A stretch of DNA of 64,000 nt, from NCBI GenBank assembly GCA_030698565.1, contig JAUYJS010000003.1:76187-140186 (forward strand), read 5' to 3'. A program made the translations under genes and the position numbers. Positions 46,864 through 56,879 of the stretch are shown one piece after another. The DNA is from Candidatus Shapirobacteria bacterium. GTDB taxonomy: Bacteria > Patescibacteriota > Microgenomatia > UBA12405. Within the stretch, counting starts at the first letter, position 1. Each line of letters begins with the position of its first letter. The notes under the pieces are model-generated. The model saw nothing but the letters and a program-made list of their open reading frames with translations, made no database searches and was not told the origin of the DNA.

Positions 46864-47091
46864 TTAAATTTTATCCTGTTTTTTACCCTGCCAAGAATCA
46901 AAAGTACCAATCTTTTCTTGATTATAAAAAACAAAAGTAGCCCCTCCAGATCCGTTTTTACCTTCACCGCTTTCATTGTAAACAATCCCGTCTAAACCGA
47001 TATCTTTCATAAAATCAGAAAATGCCGAAGACCATGGCGGGGAGGGAGATACTCCCACACCCAATCTCTTATCAGTTGCTGTTCGCAACAT
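46864..47091 (-). CDS. Hypothetical small protein (75 aa)
   Basis: ORF only. Gly-rich. Confidence 0.25.
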   Translation of the reverse strand: MLRTATDKRLGVGVSPSPPWSSAFSDFMKDIGLDGIVYNESGEGKNGSGGATFVFYNQEKIGTFDSWQGKKQDKI

Positions 47092-47102
47092 GACTCTTAA
47101 AT

Positions 47103-47646
47103 TTATATCCGGTAAACCCCACTTACGTCATTTAAATATTTCAAATAATCGTCCTCAATTTCTTTAATATCACTCAAATCTTTAGACCTGTCTCTTTTTT
47201 CTAAAATATCTTTATAAAATTGCTGCCAACTCTGAACAAATTCTACCGGCACCGGAACATTATTATCTAGATTTTCCCTATCTCTTAAATCTAAAAGTTT
47301 TGCCTCAAATGGCAAAAGAGATATCACTTTTGCATCTGCACTATCTTTATATTGTCTCACTCTAGAATAATTTTCAGCTTCATTTCTACTTTCAGTCATA
47401 TAAAATCCCTCACCTAGCGTCCAACTGCCATCACTATCAAGTATTACATCTGAAGAATAATCAAATCTTGAATCAAATTTAAAATCCTTTGCGCAACCAT
47501 GATAAAGTAATTCTGGCGAATTTGAAAACTCCTCTGGACTTAAAGTTCTAGGATCAACCAAACCCACGACCCTAAAACCAACAGGTTTTTTTTCTGACTC
47601 AAGTTTTATCTCTGGCCTAGGCAATTCTGCCAATCCATCACTCATT
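47103..47646 (-). CDS. Hypothetical protein (about 181 aa)
   Basis: The start at MSDGLAELPRPE is preferred. The track's upstream Met overlaps secE. Confidence 0.3.
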
Positions 47647-47685
47647 ATTTTTAATAAAAAATAACATCTGCTGTTATAATACAGC

Positions 47686-47874
47686 ATGTCCCGAATCATC
47701 CAATACTTTAATGAAGTAAAAGCTGAGTTTAAAAATATAACTTGGCCCAAAAGAGAGACTTTAATTCAGCTTACAGTTGTGGTAATATCAATCTCGATTG
47801 TTATTTCCCTAATACTGGGAGGATTCGATTTTATTTTTATAAATTCTATTAGATTATTAGGCGAAATAAAATAA
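47686..47874 (+). CDS. secE: Preprotein translocase subunit SecE
   Basis: 62 aa with a single TM. Conserved position immediately upstream of nusG. Confidence 0.75.
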   Translation: MSRIIQYFNEVKAEFKNITWPKRETLIQLTVVVISISIVISLILGGFDFIFINSIRLLGEIK

Positions 47875-47881
47875 AAATAGT

Positions 47882-48478
47882 ATGCCAAAAACTTCAGCTA
47901 AAACTAACAAAAGAGAATTTTTATTTAAGCTTTCCAATCAAGAGCCCAGCATTGACGCCGCTTGGTATATTATTAACACCTATTCCGGTCACGAGTATAA
48001 AGTCATTGAAGCTCTAAAGACCAGGATTAGAACCATGGGTTTGGAAGATCATATTTTTCAAGCTGTCGTTCCAATTCAAACCAAAATGGTTATTCGCCGT
48101 GGTCAAAAAATTAAGTCTCAAGAAAAAACTTTTCCAGGTTATGTTTTAATTCAAATGATTTTAACCGACAATTCCTGGGTCACAGTCCGAACCACTCAAG
48201 GTGTCACTGGATTCGTAGGTATTGAAAGCAAACCGTCCCCCATTTCCCAAAAAGAAGTTGACAAAATTCTAAAAGTTACCGAAGAAGATAAGCCAAAATA
48301 TCAAGCTCCATTTGCTATCGGCGATGTAGTCAAGGTTACCAGTGGTCCATTTGCTGATTTTATTGGTACTATTGATACTATCGATCAGGAAAAAGGCAAA
48401 ATCCGAGTTCTTGTTTCCTTCTTCGAAAGAGAAACTCCAGTCGAATTAGACTTTTTACAAGTTACTAAAGAATTATAA
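47882..48478 (+). CDS. nusG: Transcription termination/antitermination factor NusG
   Basis: NGN domain plus C-terminal KOW (VKVTSGPFADFIGTIDTID...GKIRVLVSFFERETPVEL). Confidence 0.85.
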   Translation: MPKTSAKTNKREFLFKLSNQEPSIDAAWYIINTYSGHEYKVIEALKTRIRTMGLEDHIFQAVVPIQTKMVIRRGQKIKSQEKTFPGYVLIQMILTDNSWVTVRTTQGVTGFVGIESKPSPISQKEVDKILKVTEEDKPKYQAPFAIGDVVKVTSGPFADFIGTIDTIDQEKGKIRVLVSFFERETPVELDFLQVTKEL

Positions 48479-48482
48479 AATT

Positions 48483-48908
48483 ATGGCCAAAAAAATAAAA
48501 ACAATTGTTAAATTAGCTCTTCAAGCTGGTACAGCTAACCCAGCTCCTCCAGTCGGTACCGCATTAGGTCCTCATGGTATCAAGATCATGGATTTCTGCA
48601 ATGAATTCAATGAAAAAACCAAAGATATGCGCGGCTCCTTGATTCCAGCAGTTATTACTATCTACGAAGATAGGTCTTTTGATTTCATTATCAAAAAGCC
48701 ACCAGTTTCCGACACTATCAAAAAAGTTAGTGGTATTACCAAAGGTGCTGTTACAACCGGCCGAGAAAAAGTTGGTAAATTAACCATGGCTCAAGTCGAA
48801 GATATTGCCAAAAATAAATTAGTTGATTTAAATACCAAAGATTTAGAAGCGGCCAAGCGTTCTGTCATGGGCACCGCCAAATCCATGGGTGTCGAAATCG
48901 TCGATTAA
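48483..48908 (+). CDS. rplK: 50S ribosomal protein L11
   Basis: MAKKIKTIVKLALQAGTANPAPPVGTALGPHG. Confidence 0.9.
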   Translation: MAKKIKTIVKLALQAGTANPAPPVGTALGPHGIKIMDFCNEFNEKTKDMRGSLIPAVITIYEDRSFDFIIKKPPVSDTIKKVSGITKGAVTTGREKVGKLTMAQVEDIAKNKLVDLNTKDLEAAKRSVMGTAKSMGVEIVD

Positions 48909-48925
48909 AAATTAAACAAAATCAT

Positions 48926-49729
48926 ATGAGCAAAACCACTCAAGAAAACAAAAAAAAATCTCTCAAAGAGAAAAAAAACAAAGTGGAAGAGACTTCGCAA
49001 ACCAAAAAGTCTCGAAACGCAACTGTAGGGGCGAATCAAGATTCGCCTATTGCCACGGAAACTGCAGCTGAAATCATTACTGATGATGTCCAAAGCGAAA
49101 CCAAAGCATCAGAGGAAACAGTTAAATCAACCAGAGAAGCCAAAGTCAGAGGCAAAAGATACAAGGCCGCCAAAGCAAAAATTGACGTCACTAAGTATTA
49201 TCCTCTCCGAGAAGCTATTGATTTAGTTAAAGAAACTTCTTTATCTAAATTTGATGGTAAAATCGAAGCCCATGTCACCAGTTTAGATATTGGTGTTGTC
49301 GGCGAAATTACTTTTCCCCATCTTGAAACTGCCACCAAAAAAATAGTCGTTTTAAATGACACTATTTTGGCAGAAATCAAAGAAGGTAAAATTAATTTTG
49401 ATATTTTAATTGCCACTCCAACCACCATGCCAAAACTTTTACCTTTTGCCAAAACTCTTGGTCCAAAAGGTTTAATGCCAAACCCAAAAAATGGTACCTT
49501 AACCGATAAGCCAGAAGAATCTGTCAAGAAATTATCAGTTGCCAAAACTGTAATCAAGACCGAAAAGAAAGCTCCGGTTATTCATATTGTTGTTGGAAAA
49601 GTTTCCCAACCAATTAATGAATTAATGTCCAACATTGATGAATTAATCAAAGTTGTCAAACCAAGCAAAATCAAAAAATTGGCTATTTGTGCCACCATGG
49701 GTCCATCAGTCAAAGTCGAAATCAAATAG
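48926..49729 (+). CDS. rplA: 50S ribosomal protein L1 with an approximately 60-aa Lys/Glu-rich N-terminal extension
   Basis: L1 core (GKRYKAAKAKIDVTKYYPLREAIDLVKE...). The first 60 or so residues are a low-complexity charged extension. Confidence 0.85.
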   Translation: MSKTTQENKKKSLKEKKNKVEETSQTKKSRNATVGANQDSPIATETAAEIITDDVQSETKASEETVKSTREAKVRGKRYKAAKAKIDVTKYYPLREAIDLVKETSLSKFDGKIEAHVTSLDIGVVGEITFPHLETATKKIVVLNDTILAEIKEGKINFDILIATPTTMPKLLPFAKTLGPKGLMPNPKNGTLTDKPEESVKKLSVAKTVIKTEKKAPVIHIVVGKVSQPINELMSNIDELIKVVKPSKIKKLAICATMGPSVKVEIK

Positions 49730-49754
49730 TTTTTCATATTTAGTTTGTTTTTGT

Positions 49755-49817
49755 AGAGACGCGCTGCAGCGCGTCTCTTTTGTTTTGTATTCAACCCCGC
49801 CACCCGGCGGGGTTTTT
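49755..49817 (+). terminator. Tandem intrinsic terminators after rplA
   Basis: agagacgcgc-tgca-gcgcgtctct followed by a T-run, then aaccccgcc-accc-ggcggggttttt. Confidence 0.75.
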
Positions 49818-49893
49818 GGTAAGCGATAATTCAATTTAATAAAAAAAATTAAGTAAACGTCCTATATAAATATAATATGTTATAATCCAAACA

Positions 49894-50640
49894 ATGTCGC
49901 CGGAATTTGGTGCTCAAAATCCAAACTTAGTTCGAGGTGAAACTGACCTTAGAATAATTTCGCACCCTCCAACACCACAAATACAAAAATTGGCCGACAT
50001 TAACTATGGACTATATGATGAAAAAAACTTATTATGCCCTTTATCCCCAAGTTTCTTTGTTGGATCGCTAATAATTGCAGCAAACAAAAGTATTTTTTCT
50101 GATTTATTAAAAAGTCAGAATCCTCAAATACCAGTAAATTCAGAGCTCGCCACACCAATTGAAATCCATCATCAAGTTCCTTTAGTAGTTCACAGTACCA
50201 TCACCGGTAGAGAAGAACATCCTAAACTACTTGCTTCAACAGTTCTAGTTAAAAAAGCTTGTGGTTTGTATACTGGAGTAGTTTTAGAGGGACCATTAAC
50301 CGGGCTTTTATTAACAAAACATACCGGGTCTCAATTTTCACAAAAGATGCTTGTTGATCGGCTATGGAACAACGACCAGCTTGATCAAAATTCATTAATA
50401 AATACCACTTTTAGTCTTCCTGTATCCAAAAAATATTTGCGACAGTATTTACAAAACGAAACCGCAGTTGAAGATTTTTATAAAAAAGAAGATGCAATTT
50501 TTAGTCAGTTGTATCAAGATGTCATTCAAACATTTAATGGTAATACTGTATACGAATTTTTCTTGCTTATGTGCCAAAAGCTCGGTATAAAAGTCGACAC
50601 TCAAAACTTTCATTACACTACCGCTATTCCAACTCTTTAA
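49894..50640 (+). CDS. Hypothetical protein (248 aa)
   Basis: ORF only. Confidence 0.3.
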   Translation: MSPEFGAQNPNLVRGETDLRIISHPPTPQIQKLADINYGLYDEKNLLCPLSPSFFVGSLIIAANKSIFSDLLKSQNPQIPVNSELATPIEIHHQVPLVVHSTITGREEHPKLLASTVLVKKACGLYTGVVLEGPLTGLLLTKHTGSQFSQKMLVDRLWNNDQLDQNSLINTTFSLPVSKKYLRQYLQNETAVEDFYKKEDAIFSQLYQDVIQTFNGNTVYEFFLLMCQKLGIKVDTQNFHYTTAIPTL

Positions 50641-51539
50641 CTCTCTAACGCCAACTCAATCATCCTCTCCAGAAGTTCCGGATAGGAAATCCCGGCCACC
50701 AATGCTTCTTTGGGCAACAAAGAATTTGGGGTTAAACCAGGAATGGTGTTAATTTCCAAAACATACGATACATGATTTTTTAAAATAAGATCGATTCGGG
50801 CAAAACCTCTGCCGCCCACAATTTTAAAAACTTCTACCGCAATTTTTTGCACCATTTTTGTATCATCATCAGAAATTCTCGCCGGCACAATTTCTTCGCA
50901 TTTCCCATCCGTATATTTTGCTTCATAATCAAAAAACTCGTTTTTAGGACAAATTTCAATGACCGGCAATGCCATTGGATTTTCATTGCCCAATACTCCA
51001 CACGACAACTCTATCCCTTCAATAAATTCTTCCACGATTGCCTTATCGCTAAACTCAAAAGCTTTTTTTAATGCTTCATTCAATTTTGATTCGTCCCTGA
51101 CAATACTCACTCCCACACTCGACCCCTGATCAGACGGCTTAACCACCCATTTATTCCCTAAACTTTTAAAAACTACATCGCGCGGTACATTAATGTTATT
51201 CTGCTTCATTAAACTTTTAAAACTAATTTTATCCATTCCCAAAGCCGATGCCAACACTCCACAACCAGTATATTTTATTCCCAAAAATTCCAAAAACCCC
51301 TGCACCACCCCGTCTTCCCCACCCCGTCCATGCATCGCAATAAAAACTACGTCCGGTTTAAATTCATCAATCCAACCCAAATCTTTTATATTTAATTTTT
51401 TATTTTTAGACAAAATAACCGGATAAACTTCATATTTTTTTGTATCTAAATTTTTTAAAACTTCTTGTCCCGAAATCAACGACACCTCATGTTCCGAGCT
51501 ATTTCCACCCATTAAAACAACAATCCTTAGTTTTGGCAT
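50637..51539 (-). CDS. ddl: D-alanine--D-alanine ligase
   Basis: VVFIAMHGRGGEDGVVQGFLEFLGIKYTGCGVLASALGMDK and an ATP-grasp C-terminus. Confidence 0.88.
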   Translation of the reverse strand: MPKLRIVVLMGGNSSEHEVSLISGQEVLKNLDTKKYEVYPVILSKNKKLNIKDLGWIDEFKPDVVFIAMHGRGGEDGVVQGFLEFLGIKYTGCGVLASALGMDKISFKSLMKQNNINVPRDVVFKSLGNKWVVKPSDQGSSVGVSIVRDESKLNEALKKAFEFSDKAIVEEFIEGIELSCGVLGNENPMALPVIEICPKNEFFDYEAKYTDGKCEEIVPARISDDDTKMVQKIAVEVFKIVGGRGFARIDLILKNHVSYVLEINTIPGLTPNSLLPKEALVAGISYPELLERMIELALES

Positions 51540-51578
51540 TTCTAAATTATATATTATTCATCTTGTTATAATCCTTTT

Positions 51579-52382
51579 ATGTCCAAGCCATTATTTATTA
51601 TTAAACTAGGTGGTAGTGTAGTTACGTATAAAAATTATCAATTCGCCAAACTTCGTCAAAAAAGACTCCATGAAATTGCTGTTGAAATAAAACAAGCCCA
51701 AAATAAAATTGATTTCGATTTAATTTTAGTCACAGGCGCTGGATCTTTTGGCCACCCTTTAGCCCACAAATACCAAACTCAAAATGGTGTTTATAACCAA
51801 GATCAAGCTCATGGATTTTGTGAGATAAAAACATTGATGAACAAAATGGTCTCCCAGATAGCGCAAATTTTAAATCAAAATGGTTTAAGCGTATTTCCTT
51901 GCCAGACTGCTTCATTAATAGTTCAAGACAAAGGTAAGATATCTTCTTTCAACACTGATCCAATAAAAAATTTATTAAAAATAGGAGTTATTCCTTTTTT
52001 GTCAGGCGATGTGTCTAGTGATATAACATTAGGAGGAAGTATCTGTTCTGGCGATGCTATCGTCCCATATTTAACCAAAACTTTTAAAGTTGAAAAAATA
52101 TTTTTTGCTAGTGATGTGGATGGTATTTTTGACAAAGATCCCAAAAAAAATAAAACTGCTCAAGTCATACCGATTATTAATTCCAAAAATTTTTCTGAAT
52201 TAATTAATCAAATCGGTACCAGTAACAACACTGATGTTACTGATGGAATGAAAGGTAAAATTTTGAAATACAAGGAGGAAGTAAACCAAACACCGGCTTT
52301 TGTTTTCAACGGTCTCAAAAAACAATCCGTTTTCAACGCAATTTTAGGAAAACAAAAAGGCACTATACTTGATTTGGTCTAA
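51579..52382 (+). CDS. Amino-acid-kinase-family protein (isopentenyl phosphate kinase/FomA-like)
   Basis: IIKLGGSVVT N-terminal motif, GAGSFGH, and a length of about 260 aa typical of IPK. Confidence 0.55.
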   Translation: MSKPLFIIKLGGSVVTYKNYQFAKLRQKRLHEIAVEIKQAQNKIDFDLILVTGAGSFGHPLAHKYQTQNGVYNQDQAHGFCEIKTLMNKMVSQIAQILNQNGLSVFPCQTASLIVQDKGKISSFNTDPIKNLLKIGVIPFLSGDVSSDITLGGSICSGDAIVPYLTKTFKVEKIFFASDVDGIFDKDPKKNKTAQVIPIINSKNFSELINQIGTSNNTDVTDGMKGKILKYKEEVNQTPAFVFNGLKKQSVFNAILGKQKGTILDLV

Positions 52383-52980
52383 ATCCCGGCACGCATTTAC
52401 CCCTAATATAAACACTTCCGTCTAAATCTTTTATTTTAGACTTAAGATCTCTAGCCATCTCCCATATTCCTCTCCTTCTGGGCATATTTCTGATTGCACC
52501 AGGTCTTACCCATCTATATTCCAATAATTCATTATTATCAGCCCTTAACATACCCAAATTTATATTCCATGAATTTTTATCTATACACATAACAAACACC
52601 CTACCCCAAACCGGAAAATCAACACCTACCTGATAATCACCTAACCAAAATTTTGAAGAAACATCATAAAATTGAGCTGCAAATTCTTCACCTGTTTCTT
52701 CTTTTACAGTTCGACGTAAGGTATCTTCATCAGTTTCACCAGCCTTAACGGTTTCAAAAGGGATACTCCAATCACCAGCCTTTTTATCCATAAAAAGTTT
52801 ATCTTCTGTCTCCTTACCTATCAAAACCTTACCGTCGTGTGAAATTATCATTATTCCAATCCCAGCAGGTTTTATTGTTACCAACTCTGAAAAATTAGTT
52901 AAATATTGACTTCGTACCTCTGGCATATTATTTACACCAATAACATCACCTTCGGTGTGTAGACATTCTTTTTTTCCCAT
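52363..52980 (-). CDS. NUDIX hydrolase
   Basis: Nudix box GETDEDTLRRTVKEETGEE. Confidence 0.7.
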   Translation of the reverse strand: MGKKECLHTEGDVIGVNNMPEVRSQYLTNFSELVTIKPAGIGIMIISHDGKVLIGKETEDKLFMDKKAGDWSIPFETVKAGETDEDTLRRTVKEETGEEFAAQFYDVSSKFWLGDYQVGVDFPVWGRVFVMCIDKNSWNINLGMLRADNNELLEYRWVRPGAIRNMPRRRGIWEMARDLKSKIKDLDGSVYIRGKCVPGFRPNQV

Positions 52981-53062
52981 GTAAGCCCTAATTTACCATA
53001 AAAATGAAATTTATCAATTTAGGATAGGTAAAATTGTCTATTTAAGCTAAAATAGCTTAATA

Positions 53063-54448
53063 ATGAAAAAAATTCTTTCCCTTATATTTCTAAACTACCT
53101 TCGCCTTTTTGCTAAACTTCAGCTTGCCAAAATTGGCTTAGTTCAAAAAATCAAAGGCAAAAAATTAATAATCGTCGGTATCACTGGTTCGGCCGGAAAA
53201 ACATCCACTCTTTTAGCGACCCAAGCCACCCTGACTCCCAATTTTAAAGTTAAAACTAATTCCAGTGGCAACTCTGAATCCGGAATTCCATTGAGTATTT
53301 TAGATATCAAAATTAATGGCTTTTCTCCAAAGGATTGGTTAATAGTGGCCCTATTAGCACCAATAAAACTAATTGCTAATTGGAAAACCTACGATATTTT
53401 TCTAGTCGAAATGGGAATTGATGGCCCAATTCCACCCCAGAACATGTCTTATCTTTTAAAAATCATCAAACCCACTATTGGCATTTTTCTAAATGTTGGT
53501 TCGGTTCACTCCATGCAATTTGATAATACTATATCCAAAGACATCAAAGGCAATCAAAGATTAAAGAATGTCACCGAAAATATCGGTCGAGAAAAAGCCA
53601 AATTAATTAATTCCCTCCCCTTAACCGGTTTTGCTATTTTAAATTTAGACGATTCTATTGTTTCTCAAACGACCCATTTTTCTCCTGCTCATAAATTAAC
53701 CATTGGCCATAGTAGTGGCGAGCCGACTTTTAAAATCATAAAAACTCAAACCGGTCCCAACGGTTTTTCCCTCTCTTTTTCGTATCAAAGAAAACGCTAT
53801 CAACTCAATTTGCCCAAATTTGTTCTGCCTCAAATTTACAGTGTCTCCATTGCCGCCGCACTTCTAACCGCCGCCAGTTTAAAAATAAATATTGATACTG
53901 CAATTCAAAATTTAACTCAAAATCTCCATGTTCCCCACGGTCGATCTAGCCTTTTTGAAGGCATAAATAATTCTAAAATAATCGATAGCTCTTATAATTC
54001 TTCACCGCTCGCTTGTATTGAAATGCTCGATCTTTTAAAAAATTTTCCATCACCCCGAATTGCTATTTTAGGCGACATGCGCGAACTTGGCCTCGAATCT
54101 CCCCAAGCCCACAAAACTATTTACCAAAAAGCCCAAAACTCAGCCGATTTAATTATTAGTGTTGGTCCGGAAACCCAAAAATACTTCACCCATCCGAAGC
54201 TTTCAGCGAAGGAGGGTTTACCTTCTACCCTTTTTTTTCAATATTGGTGGCAAGCTCTCAAATTCATTAAAAGTCACCCTGAGTTTGTCAAAGGGTCTAC
54301 AATGTTAGTTAAAGGTTCTCAAAATACTATTTTTCTTGAAGAATTAATTAAACCACTCCTAAAAAATCAATCCGATATTAAACACCTCTGCCGCCAATCC
54401 CCCTACTGGCTCCAAGTTAAACATAATTTCAAAAACAGTATTAAATAA
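53063..54448 (+). CDS. murF: Mur ligase family protein, probably UDP-MurNAc-tripeptide--D-Ala-D-Ala ligase
   Basis: P-loop GITGSAGKTSTL. Mur ligase middle and C-terminal domains. Adjacent to ddl. Confidence 0.7.
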   Translation: MKKILSLIFLNYLRLFAKLQLAKIGLVQKIKGKKLIIVGITGSAGKTSTLLATQATLTPNFKVKTNSSGNSESGIPLSILDIKINGFSPKDWLIVALLAPIKLIANWKTYDIFLVEMGIDGPIPPQNMSYLLKIIKPTIGIFLNVGSVHSMQFDNTISKDIKGNQRLKNVTENIGREKAKLINSLPLTGFAILNLDDSIVSQTTHFSPAHKLTIGHSSGEPTFKIIKTQTGPNGFSLSFSYQRKRYQLNLPKFVLPQIYSVSIAAALLTAASLKINIDTAIQNLTQNLHVPHGRSSLFEGINNSKIIDSSYNSSPLACIEMLDLLKNFPSPRIAILGDMRELGLESPQAHKTIYQKAQNSADLIISVGPETQKYFTHPKLSAKEGLPSTLFFQYWWQALKFIKSHPEFVKGSTMLVKGSQNTIFLEELIKPLLKNQSDIKHLCRQSPYWLQVKHNFKNSIK

Positions 54449-55055
54449 TATCCAATAAACCCTCCGGCTCGTCAATCAACCAATCCGGTTCATATTTTTC
54501 TAAAATATTTTTTGAATTAAATCCCCAGCTCACTGCCACAATTTTTACCCCCGCTTTTTTGCAGGCCTCAATATCTCTAACTTCATCCCCCACATAAATC
54601 ACATCTCCTACTTTTAGCCCCCTCTCTTTTAATAAATGCTTAATTATTTTCTCTTTGCCAAACAAATTTTTTTCACTATAAATATAGCTAAATATATCAA
54701 TTTCGTTTTTTACCAAAAATTTTTCAACATTTTCTTTTGAATTTGAAGTTAAAATTCCCAACACAAACCCTTGGGCTTTAAGTGTGTGCAGTACATCCAC
54801 TAAGCCATCTATTATTTTAATATCGGCAATTTTTTTGGTCTGTTCTTCCTGGCACCTTTGAATAATCTTGGGCAATTTAAAAAGAGACACCTTAAGTTTT
54901 TTTAAAGCCTCTCTCGCTCCTTCCTCTCGATAAATATCGATTTCATATTGAGTAATCGGTTTGAATCCAAATTCTGGCGCCAAATCTCCCAAAATTTTAA
55001 TCAACGATCCAAGTGAATCAGCTACTGTCCCATCAAAATCAAAAATTATTTCCAT
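54441..55055 (-). CDS. HAD-family hydrolase (phosphatase)
   Basis: MEIIFDFDGTVADS motif I, and GDEVRDIEACKKAGV motifs III/IV. Confidence 0.7.
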   Translation of the reverse strand: MEIIFDFDGTVADSLGSLIKILGDLAPEFGFKPITQYEIDIYREEGAREALKKLKVSLFKLPKIIQRCQEEQTKKIADIKIIDGLVDVLHTLKAQGFVLGILTSNSKENVEKFLVKNEIDIFSYIYSEKNLFGKEKIIKHLLKERGLKVGDVIYVGDEVRDIEACKKAGVKIVAVSWGFNSKNILEKYEPDWLIDEPEGLLDII

Positions 55056-55064
55056 TTTTTAATT

Positions 55065-55640
55065 TTAACCCTTAAACTCTCTATCTTTTTTCATTTCCCT
55101 CTTAATTAAATTTCTCAAAAATACCGACCTGGGAATCATTTTCTGTTGGGACACCCAGTCCAAATAAGCTAAAATTTTTGGGCTAACAAAAAAATTAAAC
55201 CTAACATCACTTTTTGACTTGGCCGTAATTATCAATTTTCTTAACACCACCTTGATTTCACTTGTTTCCTTGTAATTGCCAATCAATAACTTATCCGTTT
55301 CTTCAACAGTAGACAAAATATTTGATTCACCATCACCTTTATAAAGTAAAATAGTCGGCTTCATTAAATCAAGTGATACTGAAATTAAATATCCCACACT
55401 CAAACTCTCACTTGTCGTTTCAGCCACCACAATATCTGATTTTTTTATCTGATCAATTATTTTTTTGTTATACAGTCTCTTTTCATCTAAACCAAAATTG
55501 TCTAAATCTGCTTGACTGTAATTAATTACGTGGTCACAAAACACCTTATCCTCGAAAGTTTTTAAGATCGAAACAATCTCTTTATAGTCGCTTGAATGCT
55601 TATCTTTGTGTTTGACTGATGCGATAAAACATACTTTCAC
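55065..55640 (-). CDS. Hypothetical two-domain protein: a nucleoside 2-deoxyribosyltransferase-like Rossmann N-domain plus a C-terminal ribbon-helix-helix-like tail
   Basis: N-domain SDIVVAETTSESLSVGYLISVSL...PTILLYK. C-terminal RFNFFVSPKILAYLDWVSQQKMIPRSVFLRNLIKREM (RHH-like). Confidence 0.3.
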   Translation of the reverse strand: MKVCFIASVKHKDKHSSDYKEIVSILKTFEDKVFCDHVINYSQADLDNFGLDEKRLYNKKIIDQIKKSDIVVAETTSESLSVGYLISVSLDLMKPTILLYKGDGESNILSTVEETDKLLIGNYKETSEIKVVLRKLIITAKSKSDVRFNFFVSPKILAYLDWVSQQKMIPRSVFLRNLIKREMKKDREFKG

Positions 55641-55810
55641 GACAAAACCCCCGTCTCCATTTTTTTTATTTTTTTAGTGTCTGAAAATTTCCTGCTTTTC
55701 ATTACGAATTGACCAATTATATCAGATAAAATACAGATAAAACAACCGGCTGAATATCCCAATTCTTCTCCGCCAACTGGCGGATTATAATGACAAACAA
55801 CAAATCATTA

Positions 55811-56824
55811 TTAATTATTAATTATTAATTTATTTTTAAAGAATTGTATGTCTCTCTCTGCCACCATCTCCCAATTTTTACTCAAATTATGATCATCCCC
55901 ACTATATATACTAAGCCAAACTTCTTTATTTAATTCCTTAAGTCTACTTTGCAAATTTTTTTGCCATTCTAATTTTATCCAAGTGTCCGCAGTTCCTTGA
56001 TGAAGCATTATTGGAGCCTTTATCCAAGATAAATAATTCTCAAAAGCATATCGGCGCACATCATAATACTTTTTAAATTCTTTAATTTTTTCAATAACCA
56101 ACCTCCCGTTATCGTCCAAGTCAGAGGCCGTGTCCAACACACTGTTAGGAAACGGATTCGTCATTGGTGCCCACAAAGTCGTTGGGTAATTACCACCCGT
56201 GATTTCCAAAATCGACAAGGCAATTTGTCCGCCATTGCTGTGCGCCCAAATCCCAATTTTTTTATCATCAACGAATGGTAATTTTTTAACCGATTCAATT
56301 AAATCCAATACCGTCATCACCTTTTCAAATCTGGTTTCCAAAATATCCAAGCTTTCATCATCCGACAACCCATAACCCAAAAAATCTATTGACACCGTAT
56401 TAAAACCCTCGCCGGCCAATTTGTCCGCCATTTTCCAGCTACCAGATCCAGGATAATATCCTAGTTTATCAGCATAACCTCGGACCATAATAATAGCCGG
56501 TCTTTTGATACCATCATTTCTAAAATTAATTACCCCACTAATTTTTTTCCCATCACTTTCAAAAATAAAAACTTTACTGGAAGAATTTTTACTGGCAATT
56601 ATCCTCCTATCATCAACTTCAGTCGGCTCTCTAATAAATTTTATTTCAGAAGCCACCCCGCCCCTCTTTTTTAACGAATCAAAATCATATTTTTCTAATT
56701 TTTTTTCAATCGGATCTTTTTTCTGGCCTCTGGGATCAAAAAAGTAATTGTCTTTTTGAAAAAAACCATTTACCCCAACCACTACCATTCCTATTAAAAG
56801 CAATATTCCCAAAATCTTTGCCAT
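55811..56824 (-). CDS. Secreted alpha/beta-hydrolase (S9/dienelactone-hydrolase-like)
   Basis: Signal anchor. Nucleophile elbow GIWAHSNGG. Distal D and H (GDDHN). Confidence 0.65.
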   Translation of the reverse strand: MAKILGILLLIGMVVVGVNGFFQKDNYFFDPRGQKKDPIEKKLEKYDFDSLKKRGGVASEIKFIREPTEVDDRRIIASKNSSSKVFIFESDGKKISGVINFRNDGIKRPAIIMVRGYADKLGYYPGSGSWKMADKLAGEGFNTVSIDFLGYGLSDDESLDILETRFEKVMTVLDLIESVKKLPFVDDKKIGIWAHSNGGQIALSILEITGGNYPTTLWAPMTNPFPNSVLDTASDLDDNGRLVIEKIKEFKKYYDVRRYAFENYLSWIKAPIMLHQGTADTWIKLEWQKNLQSRLKELNKEVWLSIYSGDDHNLSKNWEMVAERDIQFFKNKLIINN

Positions 56825-56879
56825 TACCTATTTTATCCTGCTTGATGTTATATTAAAAATAATTAAGAATTTATTCATC

